Part shown: positions 24,965 through 31,438 of the stretch, one piece after another
Numbering within the stretch: the first letter of the stretch is position 1
Layout of the letters: every line of letters starts with the position of its first letter
Virus record (IMG/VR): IMGVR_UViG_3300012863_000020
Span: 1-31,438 of that record
Length of the DNA: 31,438 nt
Origin: a virus
Taxonomy: Duplodnaviria > Caudoviricetes
Reading direction: 5' to 3' (one strand)
Notes under the pieces: model-generated
What the model saw: only the letters and a program-made list of their open reading frames with translations
Databases searched by the model: none
What the model was told of the DNA's origin: nothing
Program-made: the position numbers and the translations under genes

Positions 24965-25954
24965 GTGGAGACCCGCGTGGAGTCCTGGGCCGTCGGGACG
25001 GGCATCGAGACCCGCCGCGGCCGCCCCAACCGCTACTACGACCCGAGCTTCGAGATCGGGGTCCGTGAGCCGAACGCCTCGAACACCGGGCCGCGGGTGG
25101 CGACCTCGTCGCTGACGGTCTACGACGGCGACGTCACGAACGTGGCCCCCGGTGAGGTCCTCGAGCGGATGCTCATCACGGGCCAGTTCATGCCGAACAA
25201 CCCGTGCATCATCCGCGACTCGATCATCCGCGGCGGGCCGATCGCGCACGAAGAGCTCATCGGTCTGGTCGACCCGCGCAAGAACACCGGCGACCCGATC
25301 CGGCTGGAATTCTGCACCCTGGACCCGGCCGGGGATGCCGCGGTGGGGCACATGGGATTTCGCCGGGGTGGTTTCTCGGCGTACCGGTGCAAGGTCGTCA
25401 ACGTCGTGGACCACGCGCACGTGCACGGAAACGGGTCGTTCCCGAACACGGTGAACAAGATCGTCCAGCTGCACGCCTGCTACTTCGCGCACTCGCGCTG
25501 GTACCCCGACGACCCGCGGCAGGGCCCCGAGGGGAGCCACTGCGACTTCGTGCAGGCGCACGGGTCGCTGTCGCTGCTCGAGATCATCGGGTGCTCGTTC
25601 GGGAAAGACGGCTCCCGGGCGAACACGTCGTGCATTCTCCTGCAGCAGCACCACGGCCTGTACGGGAAGATCGTCATCACCGACAACTGGTTCTACGGGC
25701 ACCAGACGTCGGGTTCGACGTTCAACATGTCGGAGAACCGGGGTGTGCCGTACCTGGACCTGACCTACCACCGCAACCGCATCGACCGGACCGGGAAAGC
25801 GCCCCGCATTCTGATCCGGGCGATGTCGCGCGTCCCGGAGAACTACGGGTGGATCGGCGACCCGGCCGCGTCCCCTTCGACGTGGACCCCCACCGCGAAC
25901 GCGAGCGTGTTCATGGACGACGGCACGCCCGTCCCGATCAACAAGGGGGACTGA
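24965..25954 (+). CDS. Putative right-handed beta-helix (pectin-lyase-like) protein
   Basis: PNASNTG, IIRDSIIRG, HCDFVQ, IVITDNWF repeats; no signal peptide; paralogous to 27682..28869. Confidence 0.7.
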   Translation: METRVESWAVGTGIETRRGRPNRYYDPSFEIGVREPNASNTGPRVATSSLTVYDGDVTNVAPGEVLERMLITGQFMPNNPCIIRDSIIRGGPIAHEELIGLVDPRKNTGDPIRLEFCTLDPAGDAAVGHMGFRRGGFSAYRCKVVNVVDHAHVHGNGSFPNTVNKIVQLHACYFAHSRWYPDDPRQGPEGSHCDFVQAHGSLSLLEIIGCSFGKDGSRANTSCILLQQHHGLYGKIVITDNWFYGHQTSGSTFNMSENRGVPYLDLTYHRNRIDRTGKAPRILIRAMSRVPENYGWIGDPAASPSTWTPTANASVFMDDGTPVPINKGD

Positions 25955-25958
25955 CACG

Positions 25959-27668
25959 GTGGCGATCTACACCAACACCGGCCGGGGCAACACCGACGGG
26001 CAGACGGTCACCGGCGCGAACAGCGCGCTGGGCGGGGACAACGCGCTGGCGGCGGTCACCCCGACCGGTGGGGTGTGGACCTACACCGACGACAACCTCT
26101 CCCCCGACGGGCCCGGTGACGGGCGCGGGTACCGGGCGTCGCTGACGTCGGGGTCCGCCGCGACGTACATCCGCGGCGACGACGAGACGGTCGACGGGTC
26201 GCGCGGCGGCGCCCGGTTCTGGCTCAAGGTCCCCGAGGCGACCCCGTCTGGGGACTTCCAGGTGTTCCGGGCGATCCCGCCGGCGTCCGTCGGCGCCGGC
26301 GCGGTCGCCTCGATCGTCGCACGCACCAACCGGACCTTCCGTGTGCTGCTGGGCACCGCGACGTTCCTGGCCGCGTCGGACTCCCCGGCGCTGGCCGCGG
26401 GCTGGTACTGCTTCGAGCTGCTCGCCGACCCGACCGGCGGGCGCGTCGACTTCGTCATCTACAACGCGTCCAAGTCGCTGGTGCACTCGTGGGTCGGCAC
26501 CGGGCTGGCCGTCCCGAACGTGCCGGGCCGGTACCGGTTCGGCACCCAGGAGACCGGCCAGACCGGCGGGTGGGCCACGTTCGAGCTCGGGTCGATGGTC
26601 CGCTGGGGCGCCAAGGCCTCCGGGCTGATCGGCCCGGGCGAGCCGGCGCCGCCGGTCCCGCCGCCGCCGCCGACCACGACGTCGAGGGTCTCGCACTACA
26701 ACACGGCCGAGGGCCTGACGGTCGACGTGCCGGCGCCGCTGGGCGGCGGGTCGGTCACCGGGACCGAGGGCATGAAGTGGGACGCCCGCCACGGCGACGT
26801 CCCGGTCACGGTCACCGGCACCAACCCCGCGCACGGCACCCGCGCCTACCGGCTCGGCGCGGCGTCCGGGCAGGCCGCGTACACCCAGTGGTCGGTCGCG
26901 ACCCGACGCCTGGCCCAGCGCATGTACCTGCGCGTGCCGGCCGCCCCCGGCGCCACCACCCAGGTCATGAACTGCCGCTCGGAGGCCGGGCGCGTGGGGT
27001 CGGTGTACCTGACCTCCGACGGGCGCGTCGGTGTGCAGGACGGCCTGTCCCAGGTCGCCCGGACCCTGTCCGGGATCCCGACCTACCCCAACGCCGTCCT
27101 GCGCCTGGAGATGATCACCGACATCGACCTCGGCACGATCTGGGCCGCGTGGGCGACCGGCGACGGCGGCTGGTCCGGGCAGGCCGAGCTGCAGCTCGAC
27201 GACCTCGGCGGCCTGCCGCTGACCATGGCGCACTTCGGCAAGTGCCACGGCACCTCCTGGAACGCCACCGACGCGGTGATGGACGACATCGCGATCAACG
27301 TCGCCCCCACCACCCCGATCGGCCCCTACGCCGCGGTGTACACCCTGCAGCCCACCGTCGGCGCCGACCTGGACCGCGTCGAGCCCGGCACATGGTTCGA
27401 GCTGACCGGCCGCGGCGCGGAGACCTGGGAGCAGATCCCCGCCACGGGGCACCCGACCGTCCCGATCGCGCAGGACGGCTCCAACGCCGGCGGCATCACC
27501 CCGTACACCGTCGACGGCGCCCTGCTCGAGTTCGACTTCGGCGGCGCGGTCCAGAGGGTCGACGCCCTGCCCGCGACCGCCCGCATGGTCACCGCCAGCG
27601 GCGAGGTCGCCCTGGCCGAGCGCGTCGTGCGCCCCGACCTGCCACCACCAGCACCCGACGACGAGTAG
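25959..27668 (+). CDS. Tandem beta-sandwich (LamG/lectin-like) protein
   Basis: Two similar beta-rich halves joined by PPVPPPPPTTT; GWYCFEL, LRLEM, MDDIAI strands. Confidence 0.6.
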   Translation: MAIYTNTGRGNTDGQTVTGANSALGGDNALAAVTPTGGVWTYTDDNLSPDGPGDGRGYRASLTSGSAATYIRGDDETVDGSRGGARFWLKVPEATPSGDFQVFRAIPPASVGAGAVASIVARTNRTFRVLLGTATFLAASDSPALAAGWYCFELLADPTGGRVDFVIYNASKSLVHSWVGTGLAVPNVPGRYRFGTQETGQTGGWATFELGSMVRWGAKASGLIGPGEPAPPVPPPPPTTTSRVSHYNTAEGLTVDVPAPLGGGSVTGTEGMKWDARHGDVPVTVTGTNPAHGTRAYRLGAASGQAAYTQWSVATRRLAQRMYLRVPAAPGATTQVMNCRSEAGRVGSVYLTSDGRVGVQDGLSQVARTLSGIPTYPNAVLRLEMITDIDLGTIWAAWATGDGGWSGQAELQLDDLGGLPLTMAHFGKCHGTSWNATDAVMDDIAINVAPTTPIGPYAAVYTLQPTVGADLDRVEPGTWFELTGRGAETWEQIPATGHPTVPIAQDGSNAGGITPYTVDGALLEFDFGGAVQRVDALPATARMVTASGEVALAERVVRPDLPPPAPDDE

Positions 27669-27681
27669 GGAGGGCACCACC

Positions 27682-28869
27682 GTGGGCCTGTACGACCAGA
27701 TCGTCGCCGCCGGCCGAGCCGTCGCCGACGACCACGACGCCGAGCTCGCCGCCCTGCAGGCCGAGCTCGACGTGGCCACAGCCGCCCTGAGCGCCGCGCA
27801 CACCAACGGCGCCGCGCTCGCGGGCGAGCTCGCGCAGGCGCGCGCCCAGGTGGTCGACCTGCAGCACGAGCTCGCAGAGCGTGACGCGCAGCTCGCAGAG
27901 CGTGACGCTCTGATCGCGGACCTGCGCGAGCAGATCCGGGTCCTGACGCCGGACCCGTTCGTGCTCGGGCAGACCGAGCCGACCGCTGCGAACACCGGGT
28001 GCCGCATCCCCCGCGCGGACCTGCTGCACCGGCCGGGGACCGTGACGAGCACGCACCCGGTGACCGGGGCGCCGCTGCAGCGCGGCGACGTCATCTCCGG
28101 GGTGCGGGTCTCGCGCCTGGCGATCACGGTCCCTGGCGTCGTCGTGCGCGACGTGTGGGTCGACGGCGGTGGTCTGAGCTACGGGCCCAACCCCGGGACG
28201 GACTACCACCGGCTCGTTGACGCCCGGGCGTGCCCCGGCGGCGCCAGTGACGACGACCTCGTGCGGTACGAGCACGTGACCGTCGACCCGGCCACCCGCT
28301 CATACCTCAACGTCGCGTTCCAGGGCTCGAACTTCCGCGCCTACCGGTGCCTCGTGGTCGGCGTGACCGACGCGTTCTCGCCGCACTCGACCGGCTCGCA
28401 GGTCCCGCGCGCCGTCGACATCCTCGGCTGCTACGCCGCGGACTTCTACATCGACGCCGACCCGAACCAGTCCGACGGGATCGTGCACGGGGACTTCGTG
28501 CAGTCCGGCGGCAAGCTGCGTCGCCTGCGGATCGAGGGCAACGCCGTGGCCGGCGGCGGCGCGACGTCGCTCGGCAGCACCGCCCGCCCGCGCACGTCGA
28601 ACGTCCTCCTGCAGACCAACGCCGGGGCGTACAGCGGCGAGGGCGTGAGCATCGTCCGCAACTGGCTGCGCGGACACCCGGCCGCCGGGTCCACCGTGAA
28701 CGTCCCGGTGAACATCGCCGCCGCGTTCGAGCTGGTGGACAACGTCATCGCCAGCACCGGCAAGACCCCGCGGCTGCTCATCAACGCCGCGGTGCGCGCC
28801 GCGGCCGCGACCGCGATCGCGAACAACGTCCTCGACACCGGCGCCGCGGCGACCGTCAACAACTCCTGA
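27682..28869 (+). CDS. Coiled-coil plus putative beta-helix protein
   Basis: About 85-aa coiled coil, then PTAANTG, HGDFVQ, RNWLRGH; paralogue of 24965..25954. Confidence 0.7.
   Translation: MGLYDQIVAAGRAVADDHDAELAALQAELDVATAALSAAHTNGAALAGELAQARAQVVDLQHELAERDAQLAERDALIADLREQIRVLTPDPFVLGQTEPTAANTGCRIPRADLLHRPGTVTSTHPVTGAPLQRGDVISGVRVSRLAITVPGVVVRDVWVDGGGLSYGPNPGTDYHRLVDARACPGGASDDDLVRYEHVTVDPATRSYLNVAFQGSNFRAYRCLVVGVTDAFSPHSTGSQVPRAVDILGCYAADFYIDADPNQSDGIVHGDFVQSGGKLRRLRIEGNAVAGGGATSLGSTARPRTSNVLLQTNAGAYSGEGVSIVRNWLRGHPAAGSTVNVPVNIAAAFELVDNVIASTGKTPRLLINAAVRAAAATAIANNVLDTGAAATVNNS
27869..27908 (+). repeat. 21-bp-period duplication (one heptad)
   Basis: AGCTCGCAGAGCGTGACGC at 27869 and 27890; LAERDAQ LAERDAL. 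Confidence 0.9.
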
Positions 28870-28885
28870 CCCCCGGCGTGACGAC

Positions 28886-28920
28886 GCCCCCTCCCGCTTC
28901 GGCGGGAGGGGGCCGTTTCG
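28886..28920 (+). terminator. Intrinsic terminator ending the late operon
   Basis: 12-bp stem GCCCCCTCCCGC-TTCG-GCGGGAGGGGGC with C(UUCG)G loop, then CGTTTCG. Confidence 0.85.
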
Positions 28921-28951
28921 TCATGCCCAGGCGCGTGCGGGGTCCCCGAGC

Positions 28952-29134
28952 TCAGCCGCGGGGGACGTGTTCTGGACGCGGCCCTCCGCGGGGGTCGTCG
29001 CCGCTGAGCCAGGTGGTCAGGCGGTGGGTGGCGTTGCGGTCGATGGTGCCGCGCAGGCGGTCGTAGTGGGCCAGGGGCGCGAGGTTGGCCCAGCCGGCGG
29101 AGGCTGCGACGTCGCGCGGCGGCACACCGGCCCC
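28952..29134 (-). pseudogene. C-terminal remnant of a tyrosine recombinase
   Basis: AGVPPRDVAASAGWANLAPLAHYDRLRGTIDRNATHRLTTWLSG matches the box II/C-terminal pattern (AGVxxRDVxxxAG[HW]A-x6-YDR); strong GC3 in this frame; upstream HxxR part absent. Confidence 0.65.
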
Positions 29135-29140
29135 GCTGCC

Positions 29141-29371
29141 CTGTGGCAGCGGATCCTCAACGAGCGCCCCATCCCGCCGCGGCACCTGCAGAACATCACG
29201 CGCATGCCCATCCCCGTGACCGCCCGGATGGTGTGGGAACGCGACGGCGTCGAGCTCGTCGACACCGTCGCCGTCGACTGGGTCGGACGGGACGTCCTCG
29301 TGCGCGTCACCGGCCCGCGGCGGCAGACCTCGGGCGTGTGGCTCGACGCCGCCGACGTGCGGCGGCGGTGA
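29141..29371 (+). pseudogene. Probably 5'-truncated small hypothetical gene
   Basis: Coding-like from about LWQRILNE to GVWLDAADVRRR; no convincing start or RBS, and the upstream DNA is the recombinase remnant. Confidence 0.5.
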
Positions 29372-29372
29372 C

Positions 29373-29714
29373 CTACTCGCCAGCGAGGGCCCGACGAGCC
29401 CGTGCTTGCCGCTCGGCCTCATCGGGGTCGATCGGGGCGGCCGCGCCGCTCAGGAGGTACCGAACGCCGCCGAGGCGGTCGACGTGCTCGGCGAGCCGGT
29501 GCACGCCGACCGCGAGCAGCGCGACGCCGAGCACGGTCAGCAACGCGCCGACCCACACGAGCACGCTGCCACCGCCGCCGCCGTAGCGGCTCGCCGTCGT
29601 GAGCCGCTCGACGTACCCCGCGGCTGTCAGGGCCGGAGCGAGCAGCGTCACCACCAGGCCGGACGTGAGGAACATCGCGCACGGCCGCGGCGTCGTCGCC
29701 GTAGGTGTGTCCAT
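29373..29714 (-). CDS. Two-TM membrane protein
   Basis: Two hydrophobic helices separated by a Gly-rich loop; co-oriented downstream of the recombinase. Confidence 0.7.
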   Translation of the reverse strand: MDTPTATTPRPCAMFLTSGLVVTLLAPALTAAGYVERLTTASRYGGGGGSVLVWVGALLTVLGVALLAVGVHRLAEHVDRLGGVRYLLSGAAAPIDPDEAERQARARRALAGE

Positions 29715-29771
29715 ACGGGTGATGCTCCCATCGGGTGACGTCCCACGGCACCGCTCTCACGGGTGAACGTC

Positions 29772-30560
29772 CTACGCAGCGGCCTGCACGACGCGCACGA
29801 GCGCGTCGTGCGACGTCTGCACGTACCGCGCGGTCGTCTCGGGCCGCGAGTGGCCGAGCACGCGCCCGAGCGCGAGCAGGTCGGGGTTCACCTCGTGCGA
29901 GCGGGTCGCGAACCGGTGCCGCAGCTTGTGCCCGGTCCAGTCGCCCTCGAGCGCCTCGGACAGCAGCTCGGTCACGCGTCCAGCCGACAGGTGCCCGCGA
30001 CTGCCGGGGAACAGGTACCCCTCGCCGTGCTCGAGCGCGGCGACGATCTCGGGGTGCACGACCGGCACGCGCCTCGTCTTGTCGCCCTTGCCGGTCACGT
30101 ACAGCACGCGCCCGTCCCAGTCGTCGCAGTGGGTGCGCGCGATCTCGGCGCACCGCATCCCCGCGTACGCGGCGAGCAGCAGCATCAGCCGTTCGCGCGG
30201 TCGCGCCTGCTCGAGCGCACGACGCAGGACGGCTTCGGGCGCGGGCTTCGCCTCGCCCGCCGGCACGGACACGGGCGGCAGACCGACCGTCGGGTCGACG
30301 TCGACCAGGCCCTCGAGCGCGGCCCAGCGGTAGAAGCCGACGACGGACTGCCGCGCCGACTTCATGGTCTCGGCGGATCGTCGCGCGTAGGTCGCGACGA
30401 ACGCGGCGACGTCGCGGCGGGTGAGCGCGGCGGGTCGGCGTCGGCGGGCGAAGACTGCCAGGTGCCGCAGGTAGTGCCGGTGCAGCCTGATCGTGCCGGC
30501 AGACCTGCGCGCTGCGCGCTCCGCGATGCCGTACTGCTCGATCGCCCACTCCCACGTCAC
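29772..30560 (-). CDS. int: Short tyrosine recombinase/integrase lacking arm-binding domain
   Basis: AGMRCAE (R), TGKGDK (K), HKLRH (HxxR), LGH, TARY (Y); AAGGAGG 8 nt before GTG 30560 gives 262 aa. Confidence 0.92.
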   Translation of the reverse strand: MTWEWAIEQYGIAERAARRSAGTIRLHRHYLRHLAVFARRRRPAALTRRDVAAFVATYARRSAETMKSARQSVVGFYRWAALEGLVDVDPTVGLPPVSVPAGEAKPAPEAVLRRALEQARPRERLMLLLAAYAGMRCAEIARTHCDDWDGRVLYVTGKGDKTRRVPVVHPEIVAALEHGEGYLFPGSRGHLSAGRVTELLSEALEGDWTGHKLRHRFATRSHEVNPDLLALGRVLGHSRPETTARYVQTSHDALVRVVQAAA

Positions 30561-30703
30561 TCCGACCGCCTCCTTGCGCTCCACCCGCGCCGGACCGGTG
30601 CGGGTGAACGCCTTCATCGGCTCGTGGTCATCGTGGGTGAAGACACCGGCTTCCTGCTGGGGGCCGTTCGGGTGGACAGGTGCACCGTCCGCGGCACGCG
30701 GCC

Positions 30704-31438
30704 TCACGAAAGAGGGAGCGCCGGGGCCGCGGATGCGACCGCCAGGGCCACCTCCCACGCCTCGCGCGTGATGACCCCCGACCGGTTCATCTCGTCCGCC
30801 AGCGCCGCCACGAACGCCCCCGCCGCGCCCGGTGCCGGCTGCCCCACCGCGCGACGCGTCACGACGTCGCTCGCACGCTCCTCGGCCTCGTGCGCACCGA
30901 GGGCCGGCACGACGACGAGCCGCGGCCGCTCGGCCGCTGGTGCCGTGTACGACTTGCCGTCGAGGCCGACGATCAGTGCAGGTGAGGAAGATTCCTCACC
31001 TGCACTGACCGGGCCGACGAGCTCGAGCGCGCGGCGGTCGTTCACGACGGTCTTCTGGTCCGCGCCGACGATCGGCGCGATCGCGCGCGAGCTGAGCCCT
31101 TGCCCTGTCAGGTACCCCACGACCTCGCGGCGCTCGTCGCGCGGCAGCCGCACCGGCTCGAGCACGTCGACCAGGTACGCCGTCCACGACGCGTACCCGA
31201 GCACCGCCCACACCTCGTGCTCGCGTGCCTGCTCGACGAGCTGGCGCAGCCGCGCGAGCCGGTCGCCGATCTCCCGCGCCGTGTGGCGGATCGCCTCGGT
31301 CAGCGCGGCGGCTGCAGCGCGCGTCACCGGGCCGTCCGGCAGCGCCGGCACGAGCGGTGCGGCGCCGGTCAGCACGTCGACGACGCTCGCGCTCGCGGGC
31401 TGCGGCAACACGGCGGGCAGGGACGTCCGGCGGCTCAT
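30704..31438 (-). CDS. HTH DNA-binding protein (actinophage-type)
   Basis: WAVLGYASWTAY, HTH GLSSRAIAPIVGADQKTVVND, VGLDGKSY. Confidence 0.8.
   Translation of the reverse strand: MSRRTSLPAVLPQPASASVVDVLTGAAPLVPALPDGPVTRAAAAALTEAIRHTAREIGDRLARLRQLVEQAREHEVWAVLGYASWTAYLVDVLEPVRLPRDERREVVGYLTGQGLSSRAIAPIVGADQKTVVNDRRALELVGPVSAGEESSSPALIVGLDGKSYTAPAAERPRLVVVPALGAHEAEERASDVVTRRAVGQPAPGAAGAFVAALADEMNRSGVITREAWEVALAVASAAPALPLS
30973..31008. repeat. Perfect palindrome, 17-bp arms, 2-nt centre
   Basis: TCAGTGCAGGTGAGGAA-GA-TTCCTCACCTGCACTGA inside the HTH gene. Confidence 0.95.

Larger units (their letters stand above)
1..31438. mobile_element. Temperate siphovirus (HK97-like head, long non-contractile tail), prophage or circularly permuted genome; ends not visible
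   Basis: Co-oriented terminase-portal-protease-capsid-tail-tape measure-lysis genes; early genes precede the terminase; tyrosine recombinase at right. No att repeat pair or Xre-type repressor recognised inside the window. Confidence 0.95.

Noticed and set aside
20701-28869. Diversity-generating retroelement targeting tail genes
   Set aside because: No reverse transcriptase and no near-identical template/variable repeat pair; paralogue similarity is only at protein level.
1-28900. Many long minus-strand and alternate-frame ORFs in the track (e.g. 3870..5612, 6892..8841, 15490..17433, 25938..28127)
   Set aside because: Shadow ORFs expected at this GC content; Arg/Pro/Ala-rich without motifs and overlapping well-supported phage genes.
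29099-29113. GGAGG followed 7 nt later by GTC, suggesting a mutated start for the plus-strand ORF
   Set aside because: This DNA is better explained as the antisense of the recombinase remnant (RDVAASAG).
24325-30560. Shufflon/invertible fibre cassette driven by the nearby recombinase
   Set aside because: All cassette genes are co-oriented and appear complete; no inverted crossover repeats or silent reversed C-termini were found.
30561-30758. tRNA-derived att core upstream of int, or a longer int start at 30758
   Set aside because: No T-arm-like GGTTCGA or CCA end recognised; the extension overlaps the HTH gene, and a strong SD supports GTG 30560.
30973-31008. Palindrome as a protelomerase (linear plasmid-prophage) telomere site
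   Set aside because: The neighbouring recombinase is far shorter than known protelomerases and has ordinary Xer/Int-type motifs; no partition genes were seen.

Overview
Very GC-rich (roughly 70-75% by eye) actinobacterial-type sequence holding most of a temperate siphovirus. The gene order crosses the predicted cos site, as expected for a prophage or circularly permuted genome. Left to right on the + strand: an early/replication region (triple-HTH protein, small Cys/His-rich proteins, a Rep-like/HNH protein with internal repeats, a Zn-ribbon protein); a candidate late promoter with a structured leader; an HNH nuclease, cos-like region and terminase; an HK97-type portal/protease/capsid; head-tail and tail genes (frameshifted chaperone, tape measure); a lysis cassette; and a second, post-lysis cluster of fibre/beta-helix/lectin-like genes ending at a strong terminator. 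The right end is a mosaic: a C-terminal remnant of one tyrosine recombinase abuts a 5'-truncated gene, followed by a membrane protein, an intact short (arm-less) tyrosine recombinase ending in -AAA, and an HTH gene carrying a perfect 17-bp-arm palindrome just after its HTH codons. No rRNA, tRNA, CRISPR array or reverse transcriptase was seen. All product calls come from motifs read by eye and from synteny; no database search was run.
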